DNA of 64,000 bases from Tricharina praecox (lineage: Eukaryota): NCBI RefSeq assembly GCF_024521635.1, contig NW_026250408.1, positions 1 to 64,000 on the forward strand, given 5' to 3'. The notes under the pieces are model-generated. The model ran no database searches. It was not told the DNA's origin and saw nothing but the letters and a program-made list of their open reading frames with translations. Each line of letters opens with the position of its first letter. The first letter of the stretch is position 1. Below, piece after piece: positions 12,838 to 24,131 of the stretch. Both the position numbers and the translations under genes were made by a program.

Positions 12838-14838
12838 CTAATATTCTTTACGAATTCCGACCAGGAATTTCACCAAAGGTTGGGTTGCCAGCTGAGGAAT
12901 CATCAACATTGCCTGCTCCGCAGTTTCTCCAAGTTTCTCACGATTCTGAATCAATGCCGTGGCCCAATTATAGCCTCGGAGAGGTTTTTCCAGGGAAACT
13001 TTACCCGGAATCCTCGCTCCTCTCATTGTCGCTTCGACGCCATCCGCGTTTGCTATTCCATTTGTACGTTGGTCAGAGAACGTCTCTTGGTGATTCTTAG
13101 GTAGCAAGCTGGACTTCGTTCTGTTACCACCCCCGCACCAACGTCGCCCATCTTCCCTGATTGACCGATTCGGCGATGGTTGTCGAACTTCCGCTAAGTA
13201 TTTGACTGACATATTGTAGTCTTCGGGTTTGTATTTGCACCTTGCAAGGTCACTTATCTGATACCAATAAGGTGCGTCCACGGGCACTTCGGTGAACAAA
13301 ATGAACGTGGTAGGGAATCCTTGAGTGCCGGCGGGATGTCCTTGCTCGGGCGTCCATGCGTCTTGACACGCTGGTGGTTTCAGGAAATGTGGTCGGATTT
13401 TAGCTACCTTGCTGATCACTTCAATCAGCGGCCACGACTCAGCTTCGGTAAGCCATACAGGCCTCGGGGTCGATTCTCCTCTCCATCTGACTTCGAATTC
13501 GCAAGTTTGGTCACTACCAATCCGATGGTCAATGATTTCAGCAACCAAAGTTCGTGCATGCGCAGCAACCTCCTTTGGATCGTCAGCGAGAGCAACAGAG
13601 AGGTATTCCCTGATACGGCCGCAATCCTGTGTGACCAGCATCTTAGCCGGCTCCCACGTCTTCATTGTCCCATATTTAGTCCATTGGCAACGGTATTGAA
13701 GCGTATCACCAGCTCCGCGGTGGCGGGTGACCGAGTGTAGCTTCTCAAACACGCTGGGGTCCATTTCCTCTGTCCCATCGTCGGCTGCGTCGGAGGAATT
13801 CGACTGACTTTCCGGTTCGTCAGGCAGATCGTCGGCTTCGTCAGAGGAATGCGACGGACTTTGCGGTTTGTTAGGCAGATCTTCTTTATCATGATACCGG
13901 TCAAGGAGCGATGCGTAAAGAGGTGCGATAATCTCTCGAGGCTCCCATGTATTCTCTGTAAGTGGATATCCCTTCCAATTGGTGAGATACAAGACTGTAT
14001 TTCCCTGGGATCTGTAGCCAAAGATGGCTTTGACTTTATCGAGATTAATTCCAGGAGAATCCGGAGGGTACCTTTTAAGCTTCTTTCTCCAGCTGTAGGC
14101 GTTGATGAGTGATATCGCGGCGCCAAGGTTATCTTCAGGCTCCCAGGTATCGTCATCATAGCCGTAGCCTTGCCACTGGATCAAATACTCAGTCTTACCA
14201 TCTTTTCGACGTCGGTCGTCAAGAATCTCGTCGACGTAGTATTGCTCAGCATCCTCTTTGGCGGGGTTGTTTTTCTGCCTCTTGTGGAAAGCATCGAGGA
14301 CTTTTTTTGCCTTTTTGATAACGTCGTACTCTTCCCAGCTATTGTCCTCATCGGAGTAGCCCTTCCACTTGCAAAGATACTCCTTGATTCCCTCTGTGAC
14401 TGGATAGTCTAGAATATTTTCCACACGATAAACTTCTTCCGCTTTGGCTTTGAAGAACCCATTCAGAATTGGCTCTACGTTGGCTGATTGAGGTATGAGA
14501 AGCTGCTCGTAATCATTTTCTGAAGTAGTCGGCCGCGGCACGTCATCGAACTGGCTCCCGGCCTCGCTGCCGCTCCGTGATGATGGTAGCGGCGGTTGAT
14601 ATGGAACGTCCTCGTAGGTCTTTATGGGAGGCAACGGTGTGATAGCCATCTCGGTGTGCTTCTGAAGATTCTTGAGCGTGGTTAGGTACATCCACCGCTG
14701 GTAAGCGGTTGTCTGAGGTTTGGTCCGTCTTCTGCGAGTCGATTCCGTGTTTGAGATACCAAGGGATAGATAAAGCCCCGGTGTTACAACAAAGCAGACG
14801 AAAGAAATTCCAAGGAGTGTGTTTAGGTATTCGGTCAT
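12838..14838 (-). CDS. Protein with five tandem chromodomains (666-aa ORF; termini may be spliced)
   Basis: Five chromo-like motifs: YRVENIL..EYLCKWKGY..NSWE; YYVDEIL..EYLIQWQGY..DTWEP; KVKAIF..YLTNWKGY..NTWEP; KLHSVT..QYRCQWTKY..KTWEP; LVAEII..EFEVRWRG..VWLT. No RT, RNase H or integrase motifs nearby. Confidence 0.85.
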   Translation of the reverse strand: MTEYLNTLLGISFVCFVVTPGLYLSLGISNTESTRRRRTKPQTTAYQRWMYLTTLKNLQKHTEMAITPLPPIKTYEDVPYQPPLPSSRSGSEAGSQFDDVPRPTTSENDYEQLLIPQSANVEPILNGFFKAKAEEVYRVENILDYPVTEGIKEYLCKWKGYSDEDNSWEEYDVIKKAKKVLDAFHKRQKNNPAKEDAEQYYVDEILDDRRRKDGKTEYLIQWQGYGYDDDTWEPEDNLGAAISLINAYSWRKKLKRYPPDSPGINLDKVKAIFGYRSQGNTVLYLTNWKGYPLTENTWEPREIIAPLYASLLDRYHDKEDLPNKPQSPSHSSDEADDLPDEPESQSNSSDAADDGTEEMDPSVFEKLHSVTRHRGAGDTLQYRCQWTKYGTMKTWEPAKMLVTQDCGRIREYLSVALADDPKEVAAHARTLVAEIIDHRIGSDQTCEFEVRWRGESTPRPVWLTEAESWPLIEVISKVAKIRPHFLKPPACQDAWTPEQGHPAGTQGFPTTFILFTEVPVDAPYWYQISDLARCKYKPEDYNMSVKYLAEVRQPSPNRSIREDGRRWCGGGNRTKSSLLPKNHQETFSDQRTNGIANADGVEATMRGARIPGKVSLEKPLRGYNWATALIQNREKLGETAEQAMLMIPQLATQPLVKFLVGIRKEY

Positions 14839-15329
14839 CGGCGAAGGGTCTGGTGATGCTCTGCTAGCTTTATCGTTGTAGGCTATAGAAAAACACCTGC
14901 GTTCTTCCGGAAGCCTCGGCTGGTTTTCTCGGCCTGCCGAGTCTAGAAAGATGAATGTTAGTTATTTATTTGAACGTTGATTTGTGCCTAGCTCTACATA
15001 ACTATGCACAGCTTTATCATGGGTAGTGTCGTTCGTGTTTTGTCCATCTTGAAACGTGGTTGGTTGGACGATCAACATGATTCTCCTGCAAAGCCACCCT
15101 GCCCTGTCAAACTAATGTAGCTCTTCCCTGAACAATGTTGTGTGCTTGCTGTTTTGCGCTGTCTGAGCTGTCAACCTGTCAGAGATAGCGATAACATCAA
15201 TAAAATCCCATCATTCTTCCGTGACGCCTTCAGGGTAGAACCGGCTGTATCTGCAATATTGAGAAAGAGGGGTTCTAGCCTGCCGGGCAAAACTAGTGTT
15301 TTGAAAACCAGTCGTCCTCCGGCTTGCCC

Positions 15330-15423
15330 GGAGCCCTACAGTCCGTGATATTCCGGGGCCGACAAATTCGGTCTTGTCCGGGGCATAACCTCGGACGGAT
15401 AGGACGGACGATTCCCAGGCCTG
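15330..15423. mobile_element. Orphan right end of a related hAT subfamily
   Basis: CCGACAAATTCGGTC...AACCTCGGACGGATAGGACGGACGATTCCCAGGCCTG resembles the subterminal and terminal sequence at ~11740-11835. No matching left end was found. Confidence 0.6.
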
Positions 15424-15899
15424 GCACTAACAATCATTCATGATTATTAACCTGGTCAGTAGACGACGTCGCCCTTCCTGTTGCGTGCGCCGAAAGTGTT
15501 GGGCGCACCGACGGAAAGAATTTGAGATTAATATGGAGAAACTTATCGTTCAAAGGTTCCTTGTTTTTTGACACAGCTGTGTGGTGTTTCCGCTGTACAT
15601 ACCGTATCTGCAGACAAGAATTTCGAAACGGTCTGATGTGTGTTGCTCACGGGCGAAGGTATGACCAGAAATCCCAAGGTCGAAACAGAAGAGGGGTTAT
15701 TAGTCAGCCCCCAATTCCATCATTATGACGTCACTCTTACGAAACCGTGCTTGAATGGCGAACATCACCCAATTCCTCTCCATGCGAAGTCGCCGCCACT
15801 TCACATCGACACTCGGTAATGAATCGACTCCTTCTCAGTCTCACGCAGCATCACCGTACAAACCTCTCCCACGCCTTCACCACAATCTCGCGAACCAAT

Positions 15900-16433
15900 A
15901 TGCCTACCTACACCGGCTCCTGCTACTGCAAAGAGATAACCTACACGGTCACTCTCGACAGTGCCGATGCTGGGCGGACCTCAATATGCCACTGTTCCAA
16001 CTGTCGTGTCCGTCCGCATCCCCGAACTTTCGCCGCTCATAGCTAACTGGTATCTAGAAATGGTTCGGCACGCCATTCGGTATCACGACCAAAATCCCGA
16101 ATTCGTCGCTCAACATCACCGGCGGCAAGCCGGTGGTACACATGAGCGATAACGGATCGGGTACTAGTCTGCACAGGGAGTTTTGCGGGACGTGCGGGAG
16201 TGGTATTCTGGAGTTTGGGGGGAACGCTGGGGATAATACCTATATCACCTACGGAACATTCGATGAGCAAGGACTGGAAGAACTAGGACCCAAAGGGGAG
16301 TTTTATTGCAAGTATCGGAGGTCGTGGATGCCGGAGATTCCAGGTGAGCGCGGGAAAACCGATTACGATGCGAATTGCATGCTGACGTAATTATTACGCA
16401 GGAACTTTTCAGAAGAAGGAGATCAAGGAGTAG
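15900..16433 (+). CDS. GFA / CENP-V (Mss4-like) zinc-binding protein
   Basis: Exons 15900-16007, 16058-16343 and 16402-16433 with canonical introns. Motifs YTGSCYC...ICHCSNCRK...REFCGTCGS...EFYCKYRRSWMP. Confidence 0.9.
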
Positions 16434-18094
16434 AATTATGCGGATCAGGGAGACAGGGTGAATCTCGGAAGTAGAAAGACTAAAATTTTATGTGAACGAC
16501 GAATGATGTGTCGCAGTTTTCCAGATGCTGGATTGATAACTGGATCATATTCTGAGGAGCGTTGGCTCCCTTCTCAAACTGAGTGGACTTTGATTTCCAC
16601 AAATGTTGCTCTAATGTGAAAACCTACGCCAACTGTTCCTAGATTTACTTTTGCTTCATTTAATGAGGCCGGTGTGGTTAGGAGCATCACAGGCGCATCC
16701 CAAAGTACCACTGCAATTCCTTGAACGCACAAACCTTATCAATAACTAGCTACATCTTCGCTTTCTCACCTGTCACGCGGACAATCAAACGATTCCTCAT
16801 ACTGTTTGAGCTCGGGGAAGGATGGTGGAATTATCACTCGCCGCCGTGAATATAGCCGCGTCGAGACGCGCTTCGCACTAGCACCGAAAGTTAATCACTA
16901 ATGCGTGTAACCATCGATTACACGCGCCAACGACCGACGGCACTCCAGATGATCTCTCCAGGACTCTGACTTTCGTTCTGTTGCCCCACTCCCTCCGATG
17001 AGTATGGTTTCAAGGAAGTGATTTTGGGCAATTGTTTGTTCTTCGAGCACTAACCTTGGTACCTGAGTCCCTTCATCCAAACAGTCGCGAAGACTCCGTG
17101 TGGAGAAATGATTGCAGATGGTACCTATTTTTGAAAATCGACGATCTACAAAATTATGTACGTGCGCGGCGATTGAGACAGGCAATTTTTATGCGTATCG
17201 AGCTGCTAGAATCCAATCCCACCGGCGCATGATCATGTGTTTGCAGGTGACTGGTAACAGTGAAAACTGGGACGAGCCACCGAGATGAAGATTCCGCTAT
17301 CGTAGAGTTAATTGTGGTAGTTAGGGCCAATAGATCACATCTTCTGCGCCCAAACTTTTTAATGTTGTGTGCAAAAGGTGAGAATACTGGCGTAACATAG
17401 CAAAACAATGCACAAAACACAACGTACGAACCGCAGCAACTTTCACTCCTCACAACTCTCCCTCACGTGCCGTTTGTCGCAGCACGCCGTCACTTCTTCT
17501 AGTGGAAGAAGACGGACGTCCTTCTTCTGGAGGCCGCGTGGCTCTCTCTTCCTCCTCACCCTCCCCCTTTCCCCCCGCGCTACGGGGCAAAGTCCCTATA
17601 TCCCACGTGCTGATTGGAAGTCCCTCTGTGGCTAATATTAGCCTTCCGATCCGTGTGGATCTTCGCGAAAGGTAGGCCCCGCCAGAATGGGAACACAAAG
17701 ATCCAGCCTGGGCGCGAAGCGATCGGCAGTCCGGGTGGAATGTTGGTGAGCTCCTTGGTGGCGACGCAAACTTGCACCATGGTGCAATCGGTGTACCGGT
17801 CGAGCTCGATCGGCAGGGAGAATCACTCCCCATAGCGGCTGCGCAGAGGACGCGTCGTTGGTCTGGTCTCTGGATTCCTGTTTTGCCTCTTCAGGGTTTT
17901 CGGATCAGGTTGCAGAACTCGCCTTCAAACGGTTAGCATGTGAGTGAAAGAGTAATTATATTATGGAGACATACAACGCGGGGTAATGGTCCTGTCAGTG
18001 GGTCACCGGTGGTACGGCACCGAAATGATGTGCGTGGTGCCCCCAGTCCTGAGAAGCTGGGTGAGTGGTTGATCATCGGTTCGAAGACTTAGAG

Positions 18095-18215
18095 AAAATA
18101 CCATCGGGAACACCATGATCTTGTGCTGCTTCGCGTGCTCGGGTTGCTTGTCGGGATGGCTGCGAAGCGCTGCCACCCGGTAGGCCGAGACAACGCGGGA
18201 TACCGCAGTCACGCA
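18095..18215 (-). pseudogene. Degenerate J-domain fragment
   Basis: VVSAYRVAALRSHPDKQ matches J-domain helix II plus the HPD motif; the surrounding frame does not give a coherent DnaJ protein. Confidence 0.4.
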
Positions 18216-19936
18216 GTGTTGTGCGAGAGATAGAGAAGATAGTAGTAGCAGGGGATCGTTGTGGATGTCATCGCGTAAAGGTGTAGCATAGGTTTGATGA
18301 TCGGAAAGTAATCGGTAACCACGGCGAAGTAGAAACGGTTCGGATTGGTGAAGTAAGAGTTTGCCGCTCCTTGGAAGAAAGCACCCACAGAGGAAAAGCG
18401 AACATCGTAGGGTTGATCGTCTATCTGGATGATGGTAGTGATTATGATGAGAAGACGCCGAAAAGGAAAAAGAAGAAGAAAATGAAAAAGACGAATCATA
18501 AGATGAGAGCAGGGGGGAGAAAAAGCAGACCTCTAAGACAGCAAAGGCGATCGCGCGACCCACCACCGCGGGTGCTGGCTCCTTCCGCCGAAATCCCGGT
18601 CTTTACAACTCGGGGCAACAAAAAAAGGACCCTTGAAAGGAAGAGTAGCAAAAAATGAAAGCCCCCTAACCCTCGCAGCATCTGTGTGTGCACGAGGACC
18701 GCACTTCTTTCCCGCGCGCGGTTATCGGCACTTGAACCCAGGCCAGCGGCACCAGCCCGAGAACCAGCTCCCTACCCACTACGCCAGGACGCTTTCTGAT
18801 AGTACTATGTCTTCTGCCGGGAAATACGAAGACTATGCGCAGTCCGAGCGAGGTGACAACCGCTCGTTCAGCTGACCGCAGGGACCCATCGCGCACGTTA
18901 CGCGCATGCAATGTCATTCCCCACTACCAAACCTAGGAACATCTCCAGGCTTTGTTGTGTCCGCGCCCATCTCCCAACGGACCGTCTCTAAAACACGCAC
19001 TCGCCCGTGATGGTTCGAATTTGTGACCACGGCGTAGCCGAGGATATTGTTCATCTCAGACTCTCAGTCACGACTCGGACGTTCATCTTTCCGCCAGTAT
19101 CTTTCCCATCGGTCTGCCACAAGTGAGAAGGAAGGGAAATCCTGGGTTTGGTTCTTTAGATTATGAATGATTGTTGATGGGTGCGAGACATCGCGAGCTT
19201 TATTACTTGACCGCAGGCACCGTACAAAATGTCGTCCACAGCTGACCCTCATCTGGCGACAAACCAAATATTATCATGTGATGGGCAACATCTATCCTGT
19301 AGTGGCAGTCTAGAAACAGGCCCCGCCGAAGTCGATCAAATATTAAACAATAACGACGGATAAGCTGGGATTTTAACATAATTGATGTCACCGTCGTTGC
19401 GGACACTACTTCTTGTTTATTACTAAGCTATCGATGGGACAAAAATATGTTGCTGCAGAGCAGGCATAAGATACTTGTCATTGCAGATGGATAGGCTGCG
19501 GAAGAATATGATCGGATCTAACGCCGAGGAGCAGAATAGCTACCACAATATGTCGTATATCTGATCACTCGCGTAAGGACTGACAGACTGTGCACATATC
19601 TGTATGAGCCCAAAGGTACATGAGCTGCCGGAGGAACATGGCCAATTCCTGCGGAGTGAGTACACTGCTGTGCACTGAGCAGAGCATTACCTTCTCCCAG
19701 TCCAGGTCTCCAAGACGTCGCACACTGTCCATACGCACAGTGTGAGTCGGACGGAACTCATATTCACAGTATGGGACTGTGAGTAGGTCCTAGGATTGTG
19801 TCCAAAGCCCCGGGCCGGAATAAAAATAGAGTCCCTACCGCACCGAGTCCTTCTTCCGTACTTTTTTCCCTTCCTTTGCATCTTGCATACCCGATATTCC
19901 AGCCTTCCTTGGATTTCTTGGGCTCTTCCATACCCG

Positions 19937-22900
19937 ATGTCATACCATTCGACACCATCCATTATGGCTAGCCAACGGCGCAAAACCCTCGAAGACCTTG
20001 TCTTCCAGCTGGAATTCCTTGTCAGCCACCAAACTGTCGGACGTGAAGATGAAATTGCGGAACTCAACGCCACTATCGACCGACGCCTCGATATGACGTA
20101 CAATGCTGTGAAGCGAGTGGTTGCCGAGCAGCACTTGGTTAGTGTGGTCAGCACGGTGTACCACGTCATGATCCAGCGACTTCAGTACCAGGGAGAAGAG
20201 CCGGTGGTCAAGCCCGACCGGGATCCCGGAAGGATTATCACAAGCAGGCTGGGGAATTATGCGAGGATTGGTTTGAACAGTAGGGAAATGATGGAGGAGT
20301 GGGCGGAGGATGTAAGTGACCTGCCCTGGCTCGACCCGGATAACGATACTGGCAGCTGACACATGGCAGTGGTACAGGATCGTCAAACCTGAGGTCGAGA
20401 TGGCAGTCGATGTTTCCGATGAGGACATACTAGTTGTCCTCTTTGCGGCGGTAAATCCGACCAAAAGGATTCTCGCTGGTGGCTTTGAGGTTCTCTTCGG
20501 ACTGAAGCCAGAAGATTGGGGAGCGGCGACGACATCCCAGATGGATAAGCGACTCAATCCGAGTGTGCTTAAGTCAGACACCCTTGCAGGGGAAGAATGG
20601 ACTGATCGCAAAGATCCGAGTGTCTCTGCGTTGGTTCATACTCTACCTATGAAGCAGTCGACCGGTCTTTCACGCAAAATTACAGTCGACTTTGTGATGC
20701 TCCTTCGAAGAAACGACTGTGGCGGTCGCGACACAAATTCCCGCTCGGAATCCTCGGTCTCCAGCACAGGGACCATTCAACCGACAAGACAGTCAACACA
20801 GAATCACGATATTGTGACCATCACGAAACACCACGCGTTTCCTGGCGGTATCGCGACTCGCTCTGGTAACGTCTCGCTAGAGCCAGCGAAGGTCACCAAC
20901 ACATCCGAGTCACATATGTCTGTCTTTGAAGACTCTCCTCAGCTCTCTTCGCCACTTCCTCCACGTCTTACTGCTGCGACGGTAACCAAGGATATCACCG
21001 GGAATGACCGTCATCAGGCAGTGATGCAGACGCAGCGAAAGACTTTCCCGGTTGAACAGATCCACCACGGTTACCTGTCTCCTCCGATGAAGGACGTCTT
21101 AGGCCGGTCGCCTCGTACTCCCCGGGGACTCGTGCAGTCATCCGAGAAGAAGGTTCCCAGAATCGTTACTGCGATCGAAGATCGTTTGAGCAAGGCAGTT
21201 TCGGGTGTGCAGCGGAACAGAACAATGGATGAGCAGGCGATATTAGAGAAGCCGATCACTCCTCAATCTATCAATGCCAGCCCTCAACCTTCGCAATCGG
21301 CATCCGACGAAACGCCGATGGAGTCCAAGGTCGACGAGATGAAGACGGCGGTCCCGGAAGAGAAGAACGGGCGTGCTGGCGTCCCCGGGCTGCAACTGAG
21401 TAGTCCCGATCATGAACCCTCGAAGTTCAATTCCAAGATGCCGGGACCAGCAATGGAGCGATTACCGTACGAGAGGCGTTTCGTTAGGTCATCTCTCGAC
21501 CACTCGTCCGGCACTACCGGAACCCACCAGCTGCTGGTTCGCAACAGATATCGTGGAACAAGCGCTCAGGGTGAGAATCGTGCGTCGGTCACTCGGATTG
21601 CCGGTGGATCTTCCATCAAGACCTCTGCTGATGCACGGCCAACATCTGTTTCCAGGCTTCCGACAGCCACGTTCCGCACAATCACCCTTCCGACTGTGGA
21701 CAGCGCACCCGAGATCGACAAGAAGCTTGCCGATCTCTCTCTGAAGCCCCATCGTCAGACGTGGAACCCCGGCTATCAAGATCGTCAAATGCGGGAGCCT
21801 ATGCCACTTCGTCAGCAGATGCAAATGAGAATGCAAAAAAATAACCCGACCGGCGGTTCCAATACTGAGTATATTCCCCAGAGCAAAAAGCCCGCATACG
21901 ATGTTATGCAACGCGGATCCAGTGCCGCCATCGGTATTCGAGACATCAGTACTGGCAGACTTTCACGGTTCAACGATGCAACTCGTGCCTCTGTTACGGT
22001 CAATGCAACCATCGGGAGTTCCATGCCTCACTCGTCCAGCATTAACCGGGATCACGCCCGCACGTCAAAGCCGTCGACGACCGGGATTGCCGGTGCAAAC
22101 CCTCGCGCCATGGAAGAACGTCTTCGGTTGAGGGCATCCGGTCCTTCCAGCTCTAAGGTGACTGCCCAGGACGATGCTGCAAAGCGGACGGCGATCAAGC
22201 AGTGGGAAGCTCGTCGGCCTGTTAACGCTGGTCGTGCTGCCCCGGATGCGCCTTTACCCAGTTCAGGTTCGCAGCAGCAGGAAACTGCGTTGAATGCGGA
22301 AAAACCAAAGGCGCTTCGTCAGAAGATCGAGAGCTGGAATGAGAGCGGAAGCACTGCTTCTTCAGTGGCTGCTGGAGCTCCTGCTTCTTCCATCAGGCGT
22401 GAGACAGTTCTTTCTGAAAACGGGGCACGTAAGCGAGGTCAAAGCTCTCGCACGTCGGGCATCATCTCCTTAGATACCAACCGCCGCATGACATCTACAA
22501 CCATGCAAAACCGTGACCTCGATTCCGATTCGAGAAGATCCATTGCGGCAGCCAGTAATGTACCCCTTTATGCCGCACCTGTGCAGACTGACAGTACCGC
22601 CAGCCCCGGCCACACCAAGGTTTCTCACATGCGCCAGGAGAGCTCCTCCAGCATTGGGAGTGTTCTTCCGAAAGATCGTGACCTCCGACGTGAGGCTATC
22701 GAAGGTCAGTATTCACTCCCCCTTGGGTGGCGACAATAACTAATATTGCGTAGAACTTGAGAAGAAGGCGAACACGACCGCTCGCGTGACGTGGGGCTGG
22801 CTAGGTAAGCTGGGAGACTCCCTGAAGGGCTCGTCGGGATCCCAGGGGGAAGAGGCGCATGTGCCGAAGAGTCGTCATCGTCACGGAGGAGAGCTTCCTA

Positions 22901-22938
22901 AGAGTTCTGTCAACACGATACCGCGTGAGAGAAAGTAG
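19937..22938 (+). CDS. Large hypothetical protein (helical N-terminal region plus long Ser/Thr/Arg-rich disordered tail)
   Basis: Exons 19937-20311, 20370-22704 and 22754-22938. Introns GTAAGT..GCTGAC..CAG and GTCAGT..CTAAT..TAG keep the frame open. Confidence 0.75.
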
Positions 22939-24131
22939 ATAGAATAGAAAGCTGCGGAACGGTACGAAATGACACCTTTCCGTAGCGGTGTCGTTGAGGG
23001 TCAGAATAATAGAGGTTGTCCGTGATTATATTCCTTTCGTTCCACTCCCTTCTCGAGTACTAGTTCCTCTGCGCAAACACGTGAAGACTCTTATCCTACC
23101 AAGCTCGACTGTGTCGAAGCGTTTCTTCTGCATGGCGGAGGCCAGTAGCTTGGATCCTCGGTGTCTATGAGATCGATGGGGAGTAAGTGTTTGTTTCTCC
23201 GGCTACCTCAGTAGGTTTGATGATGTCATTCGGCATAGACGGTATGCTCGCGTCCGTCACGGAGAAGATCGAATGGTCCAAAACTTTCATCGTTTGATGT
23301 GAGACTGCGCTTTCCGACGCTGGAGGAATGGGTGTCACAGAAACTTCTGGGTGGTGAGCGTAACGTCCGTTCGGTAAAGCTAGCTGCAGTGCCGCAGATG
23401 GTAGCCTGGTCGTATGGTTGCATCATCAACCTGGACGGCCCGGCTTGCTCTGGGAGAGGGTCAGTGAATGTGAAGAGGTGCACACTTAGGGGGACGGACA
23501 GCCAGAACTATACGGGATGTCGTCACTGAAATTGCTGGTATGGCGTTGGTGATCGAGAAGTCATGATTGTTATGCCGAGCAAACGCCGTTTCAGGGGGAT
23601 GCGCGAGTTGAAGGCGGAAGAGTCAACATCCCTGGAGACGCAGAGCTGGTTTCGACTTTTTTCCGACTGTATTCGACTGTTTTCGACTGGTTGCGATCAT
23701 CCATGCAAATTTGTCTTTACACACACCGAAGATTGTTGTTTCTCGTTTGATCGTTCAATTCATCGACCAATGGTTGGTTATCGCAAGGAATACGCTGACC
23801 AGTGGAAGTCAAACCGAGTGACGCGTCATATCTCACCCCGGCAGAGTACGCACGGTCAGTAAAATAACATCAAAGTCCCGGTGGCCAAGACGTGGGTATC
23901 ACACCGACGATCAATTCTAGCAGTTCTGCTTCGGGAAAAAGCTGAAGGCTATATTTGCAAATATCGCGGCCACCGTCATGATTCATCCAATTCCATCCTG
24001 CCGAACACAGAAAAACTATTACATAGTAGGCGTTTTGTTGAGAAAAGTAAAAATCATCATTCCTCCTCCCCCTTGCCAACTCTGTCTACCAAGTTTTCGG
24101 CGGCTATGCGGTACTTCGCTCGCCATACCTA

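Noticed and set aside
12838..14838. Chromovirus (Gypsy) integrase remnant
   Set aside because: No RT, RNase H or integrase motifs or LTRs seen; five domains lie in one uninterrupted frame.
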